A stretch of DNA of 60,715 nucleotides, from IMG/VR virus record IMGVR_UViG_3300025598_000045, one strand, 5' to 3'. Both the position numbers and the translations under genes were made by a program. The notes below the pieces were generated by a model, which was not told the DNA's origin, did no database searches, and saw nothing but the letters and a program-made list of their open reading frames with translations. The stretch is from an uncultured virus (IMG/VR IMGVR_UViG_3300025598_000045). Lineage: Duplodnaviria; Heunggongvirae; Uroviricota; Caudoviricetes. Of this stretch, positions 9,434-20,262 are shown piece by piece; position 1 is the stretch's first letter, and the number at the start of each line of letters is the position of its first letter.

Positions 9434-11533
9434 ATGCCACTAAAAAAAGGTAAATCCCAAAAAGCAATCAGCGCCAACATTTCTGAGCTGGTTGGCACAG
9501 GCCGTCCGCAGAAGCAGGCTGTTGCTATTGCGTTGGATGTGGCACGGCGTGAACATCACTCAGAAGGTAATGCTGTAGGTGGGATGCTGCCCGAAACAAT
9601 TGAACGCCGGTTTAAAAAATTAAAAGAAAGAACAAACCCTGATATAACTGATCTTCCGTCCTACCAAGGCGGTGAAATGACAGCAATTGCTGATGCCCCT
9701 AACTTGCCAAAACGCTTGTACCGCCGTGATTTCCCTCAGGGACAAGCCGGTGACGCGCAATATATTGCATATGAGCAGCAATATGAAAAAGAGCAGAACA
9801 AAATTTCTAAAATTGCAGATGCGGAAAAAGCACGTTCTGACGCACAAGCCCGTGGTTATTTAATTAAAGCTCCGCAAGATTCCATTAGCACTTCAGGCGG
9901 GTTGCCAACAACAACCATTCCTAGTGAAATTTCTGCGCGGTTCCCTGTTGGGGATACTCCATTGCAGGAATACACACAAAAACTTCATGACACGCAAACT
10001 GTTCGGCAATCTTTGGCTCAAAAATCAGGGCAAGCAGGGCAAAATGTAGAATCTCGTTTGCCCTTACCAGAAGACATTTTGGCAAATCAGGCAAAAAAAA
10101 TAACGCAAGCAAAAGCCGCTCCTGACCGCCTTGCTTTGGAGAGCTATGAGGGAAAACAAACTGGTTTTGTGCAGCCTCCGCTTGCCACCCCCGGGACTGG
10201 TAATGACACAGAATATATGGGCATGACACCGTTTGACTACGGTAAAGCGCCTGCTCCCGCTCCGGGTACTGCGGATGACCAAGAATATTTAGGCCGCACC
10301 CCGTATAATTTTGGTACTCCATCCAAGCAGCCGCAACAATCTGGCGGTGGTGGAGGTGGATTCCGTGCGCCTGCAACCGCGCCAACACCTCCAACTGGTC
10401 GCCCCGGTGACCCTTGGTCGGCTAAATTGGCGTATTCTGGACAGGGCGGGGAAGAAACGCCTCTGGATTTTATCCGCAATACACCTGTTTATCAGGCTCG
10501 GATGAATGGCACACAATTGCCACAAGAGGATCATGCCACGGACTCTGACCACCAAAACCTGATCCAGCGCGTTTTTAGCGGTAACTTTTTTAGTGACTCC
10601 GTAGGGAAGATGGACGGAGGCCGTGTACATAAGGCTTTTGGCGGTAACATGGGTGGTGTTTTGGCAGAAACCGCTGGAACCGGGGCAGATGTCAAAGCCG
10701 TTACAGGCGGAAAAGATCAACCCGGAGGACCAGTTGCAGCAGCGGCTGAACCGCAAGACCATGGCGGGGAGGGCGGCGGTAATGGCGGCGCAGGATTTGA
10801 ATCTCATGGAGGCCGCGTACACCGAGCATTAGGTGGCCCAATGATAAGTGGCTCAATGCCGTTTTCTGCTTTAGGTGGACAAAACTCTCCCCAAATAGGG
10901 CCTCAATTTTTTGGCAATTTAGTAGAAGCCTCTATGCGGCAAGGTGCTTTGGATGGGATTGACCCCGGTGGCGAGCTTGGGCATTCTAAAAATGGTGGCC
11001 GTATTGCCCGAGCGGAAGGTGGCACAGCTTATTCCGAGCATATGGGCCGCCCCCACCCCATTAAGCCTCATGGCATAAAGTTACATTCTGGCCCAATTCA
11101 TAGCGTTGTGGCAGGCCGTACTGACCATCTCCCAATGCACGTTCCCACTGGCGCGTATGTGCTTCCTGCTGACATTGTGTCATCTCATGGCGAGGGGAAC
11201 ACCATAAACGGGTTTAAAAACCTTGAGTCTGTGTTTGGTTTTATGGGCGGATCACCTTATCATCAGGGAGCTATGCCATTTGGGCAAGGCTCCGGCATGT
11301 ATGGTGGTGCCGGTGAGTACCATAAAGCGCATGGTGGTGAAGTTCACCAGCATGACATACCCGTGCCAATAGTTGCAGCGGGCGGAGAATATGTTATTCA
11401 TCCTCATGCAGTGAAGAGAATTGGTGGCGGTGACATGGATCATGGCCACAAAGTGCTGGACGAGTTTGTTTTGAAGTCACGCAAAAAAACCGTGAAAACA
11501 CTTAACAAACTCCCTCCACCAAAAAAGGACTAA
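9434..11533 (+). CDS. Internal virion / ejection protein with repeated xxGG motifs and C-terminal G(A/E)YV domain
   Basis: Low-complexity body; HKAFGG, HRALGG, RAEGG, HKAHGG; GAYVLPADIV and GGEYVIHPHAV. Confidence 0.6.
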   Translation: MPLKKGKSQKAISANISELVGTGRPQKQAVAIALDVARREHHSEGNAVGGMLPETIERRFKKLKERTNPDITDLPSYQGGEMTAIADAPNLPKRLYRRDFPQGQAGDAQYIAYEQQYEKEQNKISKIADAEKARSDAQARGYLIKAPQDSISTSGGLPTTTIPSEISARFPVGDTPLQEYTQKLHDTQTVRQSLAQKSGQAGQNVESRLPLPEDILANQAKKITQAKAAPDRLALESYEGKQTGFVQPPLATPGTGNDTEYMGMTPFDYGKAPAPAPGTADDQEYLGRTPYNFGTPSKQPQQSGGGGGGFRAPATAPTPPTGRPGDPWSAKLAYSGQGGEETPLDFIRNTPVYQARMNGTQLPQEDHATDSDHQNLIQRVFSGNFFSDSVGKMDGGRVHKAFGGNMGGVLAETAGTGADVKAVTGGKDQPGGPVAAAAEPQDHGGEGGGNGGAGFESHGGRVHRALGGPMISGSMPFSALGGQNSPQIGPQFFGNLVEASMRQGALDGIDPGGELGHSKNGGRIARAEGGTAYSEHMGRPHPIKPHGIKLHSGPIHSVVAGRTDHLPMHVPTGAYVLPADIVSSHGEGNTINGFKNLESVFGFMGGSPYHQGAMPFGQGSGMYGGAGEYHKAHGGEVHQHDIPVPIVAAGGEYVIHPHAVKRIGGGDMDHGHKVLDEFVLKSRKKTVKTLNKLPPPKKD

Positions 11534-11548
11534 CGCTTAGGGGGCGGT

Positions 11549-12028
11549 ATGACTGAAGAACTTACGGTGAGAGTAGGTACGGTTGAAGACATTGACGACA
11601 TGATGGAGTTAGCGTTTTCGGCCTGTGATGAGAACGGTTTTATGTCACCGGAGCCTGAGAAACTGCTTAGAGAAATTTACGCATCTCTCAGTCTGAACAA
11701 TGGCATGGTAGGTATTATTGGCAAAAAAGGTGAAAAACCAGAAGGTGCCATCCTATTAAGTATTGTCAGTCCGTGGTATAGTAGCCGTAAGTTGGTGGAA
11801 GAAAAGGGAATTTTTATTCACCCAGACTACCGCAGTGCCAAAGGTGGCCGAGCCAGATGTTTGTGTGAATTTGCCAAAAAAGTTGCCGATTCTTTAGACA
11901 TGCCCCTGCTGATTGGTGTTCTTTCAAACCACCGGACAGCAGGCAAGATTAAGATGTATGAAAGACAATTCGGGTCGCCAAGCGGTGCGTTTTTCCTTTA
12001 TGGGGCGCAAACTGGTGATTGGAAGTAA
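11549..12028 (+). CDS. GNAT-like acetyltransferase-fold protein
   Basis: FIHPDYRSAKGG..ARCL motif-A-like segment; position among ejection genes. Confidence 0.6.
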   Translation: MTEELTVRVGTVEDIDDMMELAFSACDENGFMSPEPEKLLREIYASLSLNNGMVGIIGKKGEKPEGAILLSIVSPWYSSRKLVEEKGIFIHPDYRSAKGGRARCLCEFAKKVADSLDMPLLIGVLSNHRTAGKIKMYERQFGSPSGAFFLYGAQTGDWK

Positions 12029-12041
12029 GGTGGAGTAACCT

Positions 12042-15000
12042 ATGGGCGGCGGCGGTAAAGGTGGTAGCTCAAGTACCACGGTTTCTATTCCACCAGAAGT
12101 TCTGGCACGGTATAATGCTGTCAACGCTCAGGCGCAACAGTTAGGGGGTATTGACCCCACAACAGGTCAGCCCAATACTCCATATACACCTTATACGGGT
12201 GAATTTGTTGCACCTCTGAATGCCACGCAGAACGCAGCCGTTGGAAATATTAACGCTTCTCAAGGTATAGCGCAGCCTTATTACAACACTGCTGCTCAAT
12301 ACACTCAAGAGGCCGCTAGGTCTTTCCAGCCTTTGTCACAACAGGATATTCAACGGTATCAGAACCCGTTTGTGCAGTCTGTTGTTGACCCGACAGTTAA
12401 AGCGTTGCAACAGCAACAGGGCCAGCAGCTTGCTCAACAGCAGTCAAACGCCATTAAAAGCGGGGCATTTGGCGGTGACCGCTCTGGCATTGAACGCGCA
12501 GTATTGCAGGGCCAGCAAGACCTTGCCACAGCGCAGGCTATTTCGCCTTTGTATTCACAGGCTTACCAGTCTGGCTTAGGTGCGGCGCAACAACAACAGC
12601 AAGTTGGTGGTCAAGGCCTTATGGGCGCAGGCGCTCAGTTGGCCAACCTCGGCTCTGGGGCGCAAAGTTCTGCTTTGGCTGGTGCAAACGCCCAGCTCGC
12701 GGCTGGCACGGTTGGCCAGCAGACGCAGCAGGCTTTGGATACTGCTAAATATCAGCAGTTTTTGCAGCAACAGGGTTACCCCTTCCAGCTTACGCAGTTC
12801 CTTGCTAATATTGCGGAAGGCACTGGCGCGTTGTCTGGTAGCACTACTTCTACCACGCAAGCATCCGACGAACGCTTAAAGCATGACATTAAGAAGATTG
12901 GTACAGCCAATGATGGCCTGCCAATTTACAGCTTTAAGTATAAGGGCGACGACCAAATCCGTATTGGGTTTATGGCCCAAGACGTTGAAAAGAAAATGCC
13001 AGATGCCGTTGGTGTCATGGGCGGTTATAAAACCGTTGACTATGGCAAAGTTTCTGATGCCAATGCCAAAGAACACCGTGCCATGGGTGGCGGCGTTTGG
13101 GAGCCGGGCGCATATAGCTTTGGCGGGCGTGAGCATCATTCCGCCGGTAATGCTGTCGGTGGCAGTCAAATGCTGGTTGACCCGACTGATTGGGCTGCTT
13201 TGGTGCAAGCTCATGGTCAAATTACTAACCCTTATGGCGCTGGTGCAGGGAACAAATCAGGAACTCCCGGTGCGTCCGGCGTAGTTCCATCTGCGTCTTT
13301 GGCTGTACCAAAATTGGTGCAAGCAAGCTCCCCACAATTGAAGCAAAGCAGCGGCATTCAAGATGCTCTAAGCACTGGGAAAACTGTTTCAGGTTTGGCA
13401 AGTGATGCTACCAAACTTAAAGATTGGTATGACCAAAAGTTTCCAGATAAAAAAACAGATACTAAACCTGACGCAACTTCTAAGGCGGACACTACCTCCA
13501 AAGCAGATTTGCCTAGCGCCAAAGCAAACCCCGTGTCACTTGAAAGCCAAGATGGGCAATCAGGATTTAAAATTCCTGAAGGCAATTCTACGCCTTCAAC
13601 AGATAATGTTGGCATGGATGTCACACCTCCTGATGCAACGCCAGATTTGGAAGGGTTCTTTGCCTATGGCGGTGTTGTGCCACGCGGCCATTTTGGCATG
13701 GGAGGCAACACAGACCCTTATGGTTTAAATCAAGGGACCGGCGAAGAGCTGCCAAAGGATGTTGTCAGCGCAAGTGAATCATCCAAAGATGAAGCTGAAA
13801 AAGAAGCGCCTAAACCCGGCAAAACTGGTGGCGGTGGCGGCGGTGACAGCACATTAAGTGACATTGGAACCGCTGCAAGCATTGTTGGCACGGCAGCTAA
13901 AATCATCCCGTTTTTCCTTGCCAGCGGTGGCGTTGTTCCGCGTGAGCATCATGCTGGCAATGAAGGCAATGTTGTCGGTGATGATGGCGGTGGCGGCGGA
14001 TCAGATGGACCGCAATACAAAATTCAACCGCAAAACCTTGAGGATATGCCAGAGCATCGGCAAAGCCTTATTAAAGCTATTTACGCGCCAGAAAGTGGCG
14101 GTCGGTATGATGTGCTTAATGGCGGTGAAACTTTTGACAATACCCAGCAGCATCCTAACCGTGTTGGTAAAAACGGTGAATCCACTGCGGCTGGTGCGGG
14201 TCAATTTATTAAAAGCACATGGGATGATGTTACCGGCAATGCGCCTATGACAAAACCCTACATGGATTCTGCTACTTGGACACTTGCTGCGCGTGACTAT
14301 AACAAGCGTACCGGCAAAGACCTTGACCAAGAATTGCAGAAGAATGGTGTGACACCTGAAATTAAGTCCGCTCTTTCTGACACATGGACTGGCCTAAAAG
14401 GTCCGGGACCAAATTGGCGTTTGCCAACTATGGCACGGGGTGACGAAACAAACCGCCGCAATTCATCTTTGGGTGATGTATTCTCTGAAATGACATCTGA
14501 TGCTGTGCCATCAGGTAAAAGTTTCTGGGTACCGTTGTTGTCAGCTATTGCAACTGCTGGCGCGTCTCGTGCGCCTACTCGTGGTCAGGCCCTTGCTGAA
14601 GGTCTTGCTGGTGGTATTAGTGGATACATGTCCACTAAAGACCTTGAGATGAAGCAAGCAAAGCAGATGATTGACTTCACAAAGGATAACTTTGTTCATA
14701 CGGTTAATGGCGCTGGGCAGGATGTCTTGTATAACAAAATGACAGGACAGCAGTATTCCCCTTCTGACTTTAACGCTTATATGTATGACTCTTTTGTCAA
14801 ACAGGGTATTGACCCTTCCATTTATGGACTTAAAAAGCCTGCTGGCACAACGACATCTCCTGTTTCAAATATCATTGCGGATAAAGCTGCTAAAGTTGGT
14901 GCTGCCACAAGCCAGCCAACTTCACCGGATCATGCTGTCCCTGCTCCTGATGTGGACAAACCATCTCAAAACATGAACACCATGAACACTGGGCAGCTTT

Positions 15001-16013
15001 ATCAGGCAGCTTTGGAGGGTAAAATTCCGGGTGTGCCACAAGATGCAGCGCAGCAACAAGCTCAGATTAAGGCTGACTTGCAACGCGCCAATACGCTTGC
15101 CGCAAACCCTGATCCTACTGTGGCATCTAATGGCATTAAACTGCGTGAACTTGCCATGGGACAGCAGAAATTGCTTGACGACAAAATAAACCAAGCAATC
15201 TCTTACCAAGCAGATCAGAACAAAGAATTTGCCAAAGGCCGTTCTGAACGCATCAACAACTATTCTACAGAGGTGCAGAACCGCGCTCCTTCATACAACA
15301 CAGCGTTTTCTAACTTGGAACGCTTGGCACAACTTGGTGCTGAATTTAACACAGGTAGAGGCGCACAAACTAAAGCAGACGTTGTTAACGCAATGCAAAG
15401 TGCAGGACTTGGGCGCTTTATACCTTCAGATTGGCAGAAAATGCCCGGTGATGCTGACCAAATTCTTAAACAGTCTACCGCATTGCTGTTTAACCAGTTG
15501 CAGGCTGACAAAATTGTTCGGGCTGAAAAAACTGGTCTTAACTATGAAAAGGATGCAATTCCTTCTCCGGCAACTAGCGCACCTGCGTTTTATGCGCTGG
15601 TTGGTCAAAAGCTGGCTGAAGCACACCAAAGCTATGACAAGGATTCAGCGTGGGCTTCCAAGCCTGTTGGGTCTATGGAACCAGTTCAGCATGAGCTTAC
15701 ATGGTCACACCAAAAGGGCAATGACCTAGACAGCTATAAGCGCCGAGCTTATGACAGTATTCCTGCAAACCCGAACATCACAGACGAACAATTTGCAAGT
15801 TTGCAAAACTCTGTCAAAGACCCGCAGACTGGAGAAACCTTTAATCCTAAGCGGTATAAGGCCCCTGCTGCTCAAGGCACAACTCAGCCAGCAGCACCTC
15901 AGTTGCCTGAACCGTTACGCGGCGTAGAAGGTTTGCAATTTAGTCCTTCACGGCAACAATACAAAGATGCCAATGGCAATGTTTATGACAAGAGCGGAAA
16001 CAGGGTGCAGTAA
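12042..16013 (+). CDS. Large ejection protein with internal S74 chaperone-like domain and lambda-R-like lysozyme domain
   Basis: SDERLKHDI...YSFKY...GFMAQDVE (~12864-13050); ESGGRYD...HP...STAAGAGQF..STW (~14060-14400). Confidence 0.75.
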   Translation: MGGGGKGGSSSTTVSIPPEVLARYNAVNAQAQQLGGIDPTTGQPNTPYTPYTGEFVAPLNATQNAAVGNINASQGIAQPYYNTAAQYTQEAARSFQPLSQQDIQRYQNPFVQSVVDPTVKALQQQQGQQLAQQQSNAIKSGAFGGDRSGIERAVLQGQQDLATAQAISPLYSQAYQSGLGAAQQQQQVGGQGLMGAGAQLANLGSGAQSSALAGANAQLAAGTVGQQTQQALDTAKYQQFLQQQGYPFQLTQFLANIAEGTGALSGSTTSTTQASDERLKHDIKKIGTANDGLPIYSFKYKGDDQIRIGFMAQDVEKKMPDAVGVMGGYKTVDYGKVSDANAKEHRAMGGGVWEPGAYSFGGREHHSAGNAVGGSQMLVDPTDWAALVQAHGQITNPYGAGAGNKSGTPGASGVVPSASLAVPKLVQASSPQLKQSSGIQDALSTGKTVSGLASDATKLKDWYDQKFPDKKTDTKPDATSKADTTSKADLPSAKANPVSLESQDGQSGFKIPEGNSTPSTDNVGMDVTPPDATPDLEGFFAYGGVVPRGHFGMGGNTDPYGLNQGTGEELPKDVVSASESSKDEAEKEAPKPGKTGGGGGGDSTLSDIGTAASIVGTAAKIIPFFLASGGVVPREHHAGNEGNVVGDDGGGGGSDGPQYKIQPQNLEDMPEHRQSLIKAIYAPESGGRYDVLNGGETFDNTQQHPNRVGKNGESTAAGAGQFIKSTWDDVTGNAPMTKPYMDSATWTLAARDYNKRTGKDLDQELQKNGVTPEIKSALSDTWTGLKGPGPNWRLPTMARGDETNRRNSSLGDVFSEMTSDAVPSGKSFWVPLLSAIATAGASRAPTRGQALAEGLAGGISGYMSTKDLEMKQAKQMIDFTKDNFVHTVNGAGQDVLYNKMTGQQYSPSDFNAYMYDSFVKQGIDPSIYGLKKPAGTTTSPVSNIIADKAAKVGAATSQPTSPDHAVPAPDVDKPSQNMNTMNTGQLYQAALEGKIPGVPQDAAQQQAQIKADLQRANTLAANPDPTVASNGIKLRELAMGQQKLLDDKINQAISYQADQNKEFAKGRSERINNYSTEVQNRAPSYNTAFSNLERLAQLGAEFNTGRGAQTKADVVNAMQSAGLGRFIPSDWQKMPGDADQILKQSTALLFNQLQADKIVRAEKTGLNYEKDAIPSPATSAPAFYALVGQKLAEAHQSYDKDSAWASKPVGSMEPVQHELTWSHQKGNDLDSYKRRAYDSIPANPNITDEQFASLQNSVKDPQTGETFNPKRYKAPAAQGTTQPAAPQLPEPLRGVEGLQFSPSRQQYKDANGNVYDKSGNRVQ

Positions 16014-18262
16014 TGGAACAGACAAATGATTGGGCTCCTGTAGCACAGCCATCTTCTGGTCATGATGACTGGTCTCCTGTTGGCGCGGCTCGGGAACAAA
16101 CTGGTCCAGAACAAGCCAAAGCTGATGAAGCGCTTACGGCTAAAGAACGTGGCATGATCCCAGATGAATTAAAGACATTTGGTTATAATGCTGGTGACAT
16201 GGCATTATTTGGAATCCCAACTTATGCCTCCGCTTTGCACACATCATACAAAGAAAATATCCCGCTCAAGGAAGCTATTAACAAACAGCGTGAATATGAA
16301 GCTGCTCTGTCACGGCAAAATCCTATTTCATCTGCTGTTGGAACTGGGGCTGGACTTGTTGGCGGTTTAGCCGTGCCATTAGGCCCGCTGGGTGAAGCAG
16401 GCAACCTTGCTGCTAAAGGCGCAGAGGCACTTGGTGCTGGGCGCTTCTTAAAGTCCGCTGCCAGTGGCGCAACTGTTGGCGCTGAGATGGGCGTTATTTC
16501 TGGTGCGGCTAATAAGTATGGCACGGATGAATTTACACCGGCTGAGATCGGCAAATCTGCGTTGTACGGTGGTATTGGCGGTTCCTTGATTGGTCCTGCT
16601 GCGGAAAAAGTTATTGGAAAAACCGTGTCACCGGCTGATGCGGAACTGCAAAAGGTTCTTGAGTCACAGGGCATCAAGCCTAGCCAAGAAATGATTACTG
16701 GCAAACGTGCCCCAGAAGGTTCTGCTCGTGGAACTGCCGATGAAATGCGTGAGCAGGCCAAGAACATCTTGGAACAGAAACAGCAAGGTCTCATAGATCA
16801 AAGCGTGGGTCCGAACGCTGGCGGTGAGGCACTGGGACAAGCCGCCACAGCAAGCCGAGACGCAGCGCAACAACCATATAAAACTCTTGAAAAAGTTAAT
16901 GGCAATTTTGACTTTGGTGATACTGGTGTCACTGGTCATGTTTTGTCATCAGTGAAAGATTCTTTAAAAGCATCAGACATTAACCCAACTTTTAGGGATT
17001 CAAAGTTCTATCCCGGAGCTAATGCTGCATTTGATGCTTTGAATTTAGAATTGCAAAATCTTGAGTCAAAAGGTGGGCAGCCAACTTTTCAAGATATGTT
17101 GCGTGTCAAAGATGAAATCAGCAAAGCTCGCAGAAATGCGACAGACATTGACGACAGCAACGCTGTAGAGGCTATCATCAAGGGCTATAAACAATCTCTT
17201 AATAAAGCCGTTTCAGGCGGAATGTTTCAAGGAACGCCCGAAGCCCAGTTACAGGCTGGCGTAGAATTGGCTCGTGCTGATAAAGGTTGGTCTGACTTTT
17301 TAAAAACCTATCAACAAAAAGGTGGTGGAGAAAAGGGCGCAATTAACCAAACTTTAAAGCAGCTTCAGGATGCCAATTCCAAATATATGTCAAAAGAGAT
17401 TACACCGGAAATGGCGCAGGCAGCGCAGGGTAAAATTAACCAGTATGTCACTGACCCACGGCTTGGTCCTTTATATTACAGCCGCATGGAAAAAATGATT
17501 GGCTCTGGCACCCCAGAGATGGAGAGCTTCAATGCGGCTATCCGCAATAACATGCTCACACCGGCTGGGGACAACATTGCCAAACTGCCCGACCAGTTCA
17601 ACAAGTATTTAGACCCGCGCACACTGCCCGTGACATTGCGGGCATTCGGTGCCGATACCACCGGCGTATTGAATAACCTTGAGGCCCACGCTTCTGATTC
17701 CGCTGCGACAACTGCGGCTAAAGACAAATTGCGCGACCTCCGCAACATGGGTCAGGCTATTGACACTGTTTATAAGCGCCCCGTTTCTGATGAAGAAAAG
17801 TCAGGAATGATTAGCACAATATTGAAGAAATATGCTCTTCCTGCTGCGGGGTTTGCTTTCAATATTCCTCATGGCACGGAGGCTGTGGTGGGCGCTTTGG
17901 CAGGTAAAGGCCTTAACGCTGGCGCATCTGGCATAAGTTCCGCTTTTGAATCAGCAGCTCAACGCGCTGGCGCACCTAAAACTATTGCTTCAGAAGGGTC
18001 GGGGTTCAACGTGCCATATTTAAACGCTCGGTCATATCCACGCATTAACAACTTGGGCGCACTAGTGCCAGTGGACGAAAAACCGGGTTACACTCCTGTG
18101 GCACGGAAAAGCGGGGGCCGTGTTGGTGGCATGACAGCAGACCAGTTACTTTCTGCTGTAGAACGTGCTAAAAAGAAAACCAGCACAAACACCAAGCCGT
18201 TGCTAGGATTACACGACAATCAGGTGGCAAAAGCGCTTGAAATTGCCAACCACAAGATTTGA
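16013..18262 (+). CDS. Internal virion / ejection protein
   Basis: 749 aa, Ala/Gly-rich hydrophobic stretches, RKSGGRV near C-terminus. Confidence 0.6.
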   Translation: MEQTNDWAPVAQPSSGHDDWSPVGAAREQTGPEQAKADEALTAKERGMIPDELKTFGYNAGDMALFGIPTYASALHTSYKENIPLKEAINKQREYEAALSRQNPISSAVGTGAGLVGGLAVPLGPLGEAGNLAAKGAEALGAGRFLKSAASGATVGAEMGVISGAANKYGTDEFTPAEIGKSALYGGIGGSLIGPAAEKVIGKTVSPADAELQKVLESQGIKPSQEMITGKRAPEGSARGTADEMREQAKNILEQKQQGLIDQSVGPNAGGEALGQAATASRDAAQQPYKTLEKVNGNFDFGDTGVTGHVLSSVKDSLKASDINPTFRDSKFYPGANAAFDALNLELQNLESKGGQPTFQDMLRVKDEISKARRNATDIDDSNAVEAIIKGYKQSLNKAVSGGMFQGTPEAQLQAGVELARADKGWSDFLKTYQQKGGGEKGAINQTLKQLQDANSKYMSKEITPEMAQAAQGKINQYVTDPRLGPLYYSRMEKMIGSGTPEMESFNAAIRNNMLTPAGDNIAKLPDQFNKYLDPRTLPVTLRAFGADTTGVLNNLEAHASDSAATTAAKDKLRDLRNMGQAIDTVYKRPVSDEEKSGMISTILKKYALPAAGFAFNIPHGTEAVVGALAGKGLNAGASGISSAFESAAQRAGAPKTIASEGSGFNVPYLNARSYPRINNLGALVPVDEKPGYTPVARKSGGRVGGMTADQLLSAVERAKKKTSTNTKPLLGLHDNQVAKALEIANHKI

Positions 18263-18272
18263 GGACTAGGTT

Positions 18273-18842
18273 ATGGTTTCCACATACACAACCAACAAAA
18301 GTTTGGAAAAACCCGGAAATGGTGATTACGTTGATACATGGAACGTGCCTGTAAACAGTGACATGGATGTCATTGACCAAGCATTTGGTGGTGTCACAAA
18401 TCTTAACTCAACTGCTGGTTCTGTAACCCTTACCTCAACCCAATACCGTTCCCTGATTATTAAGATTTCGGGTCTGGCAACTGGTAACGTGACATACACC
18501 ATACCATCTGGTGTTGGTGGTCAATGGATTGTGCAAAACAATGACACCAGCAACTTCTTTATTTTTGTTGCATCAGGTGGTGGTGGCACGGCTGTAACCT
18601 TGCCACAGTCCAACTTTGTCTTGATCTCCAGTGATGGCACTAATATTTCTCAGGTTGCGTCTAACCTGTCGTCCGTTCCAGTTGGCGGCGGGTCAAACAA
18701 AATATTTTACCCAAATGACCAAGTGGTAACTGACAGCTATGTCATGACTTCAACGCAGAATTACGGGACTTTTGGCCCCGTAACAATTAACTCTGGCGCG
18801 GTTGTGACAATACCAAGTGGCGCAACTTGGTCTATTGTTTAA
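18273..18842 (+). CDS. Tail / fibre adaptor protein
   Basis: C-terminal GTFGPVT.NSG..VT.P.G.TWSIV module shared with 58639-59814. Confidence 0.6.
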   Translation: MVSTYTTNKSLEKPGNGDYVDTWNVPVNSDMDVIDQAFGGVTNLNSTAGSVTLTSTQYRSLIIKISGLATGNVTYTIPSGVGGQWIVQNNDTSNFFIFVASGGGGTAVTLPQSNFVLISSDGTNISQVASNLSSVPVGGGSNKIFYPNDQVVTDSYVMTSTQNYGTFGPVTINSGAVVTIPSGATWSIV

Positions 18843-19615
18843 TCCCTGTGCGGTTCAGTTAACACACTGAACAAGCTATGAGGGTTGTCTTTGCACCATT
18901 GCGGCGTGATGTCTTTTACAATGTCACGCCAGAATGTCTCAAAGCCGTGAACAGCGGATGAACACTGAGACCTTTTGTTTGCCTCATGGAACACTTCTGG
19001 GTCTGTAGAAAACAGCCAATTTTGTTTAAGGTCCAATGGGCAAAAATGCCAAGCGGGATACATTGAGACCAAATGCGGGTAGGCTTGTGACAATTCAAAT
19101 GGCACTTTTACCCCGCCATAAGCCCAAACCGGATGTGCCAAAGCCGTTGGCATTTCTTCTAACCAGAGCTTTACAAACTGCGCTTCTGGCTTGGCAATCA
19201 TCAGGGCATTACAAGCCGAAACTGGAGCCCCATCTGAGGGCTCAAGACACATAGAGAAATCATCATCCATATACAAGCCAAGAGGACAAAGAAGCAACAT
19301 GTCAGTATCAAGGTATATACCGCCCTCATTGTTAAGTATCTCCAATCTTGTCAGATCAGATTGTAACTGAGGCCATTCAATATTTACACCCAAATGTTTG
19401 CCATCCATTGGGGTATGGTAAACTGTGACAAGTTCTTTGATTTTGTCCCACCATTCATTTGGCTCGGGTTCTTTGTTTATCCAAAACTTAATCTCGTCAG
19501 GAACTTGCACTTCTTTTGCCATTTTGACTGCCATATAATTTAAATATGACAAAGGCCGTGTGCGCTCCCAAACTGGGTAAATAAAATGAACAACATTAGG
19601 AACTTTATTTGACAT
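18839..19615 (-). CDS. DXD glycosyltransferase (GT32/Och1-like)
   Basis: VPNVVHFIY, SDLTRL.IL...GGIYLDTD, NALM; probable start MSNKVP at 19615. Confidence 0.8.
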   Translation of the reverse strand: MSNKVPNVVHFIYPVWERTRPLSYLNYMAVKMAKEVQVPDEIKFWINKEPEPNEWWDKIKELVTVYHTPMDGKHLGVNIEWPQLQSDLTRLEILNNEGGIYLDTDMLLLCPLGLYMDDDFSMCLEPSDGAPVSACNALMIAKPEAQFVKLWLEEMPTALAHPVWAYGGVKVPFELSQAYPHLVSMYPAWHFCPLDLKQNWLFSTDPEVFHEANKRSQCSSAVHGFETFWRDIVKDITPQWCKDNPHSLFSVLTEPHRD

Positions 19616-19811
19616 TGTATGGCACCCTTCCCATGGTAATGTTTGGCTCAATCCGAATTTCTTTGTTACTCCAAGTCCAACATTCGCCTGTGTCATTTTG
19701 AAAACACACCCATAACAAATGATGTTCTGATCCATAGTCAATGAGGAAATGCGCCAAAGAATTTCCTTTTGGCGTAATTAGTGGAATTGGCGGGTTTAAC
19801 TGGAGCATCAT
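19605..19811 (-). CDS. Small hypothetical protein
   Basis: Protein-like ORF filling the gap in the minus-strand operon. Confidence 0.6.
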   Translation of the reverse strand: MMLQLNPPIPLITPKGNSLAHFLIDYGSEHHLLWVCFQNDTGECWTWSNKEIRIEPNITMGRVPYNVK

Positions 19812-20262
19812 TTTTTACTGCCTTTGTGTAACAGAGCCGTTTGTGGGAAGGGCAAAAACTCTCAAAGTTGGTTTTTTCTCCGCAAAAAACATATTGTGAA
19901 GCGTGACCATCATTCATAACATATCTGCATTGCCATTTAGTAAGCTCTTGAAACTTGGGATATTTTTTGTTTGGGTCATAGTCAACATTAACATATTCAA
20001 CCTGCACCTTTTGAGCTTTGGGTAATACAATCCTAGTTTTTCTTACTCTAGGAACCTTGGCAATCTTTGGTTTTGGCGGCTTGCGCTCACGCTCAGACGG
20101 CAAACGCTCGCCCCGCTCCCTCATGCGGCTGATGCGGCCCATGACAGCGTTGCGGGATTTACCGAGCATATTGGCTATTTCCGAGCCAGTATGCCCCTTT
20201 GCCCAAAGCTGCCTTAACCCCTCAATCTCTTCCTCAGTCCAATAGCTCCACATTGTTGTCAT
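19738..20262 (-). CDS. gcrA: GcrA-like transcription regulator
   Basis: WTEEEIEGLRQLWAKGHTGSEIA..LG.SRNAVMGRISR N-terminus; CRY...FCG...FCPSH C-terminus. Confidence 0.85.
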   Translation of the reverse strand: MTTMWSYWTEEEIEGLRQLWAKGHTGSEIANMLGKSRNAVMGRISRMRERGERLPSERERKPPKPKIAKVPRVRKTRIVLPKAQKVQVEYVNVDYDPNKKYPKFQELTKWQCRYVMNDGHASQYVFCGEKTNFESFCPSHKRLCYTKAVKNDAPVKPANSTNYAKRKFFGAFPH

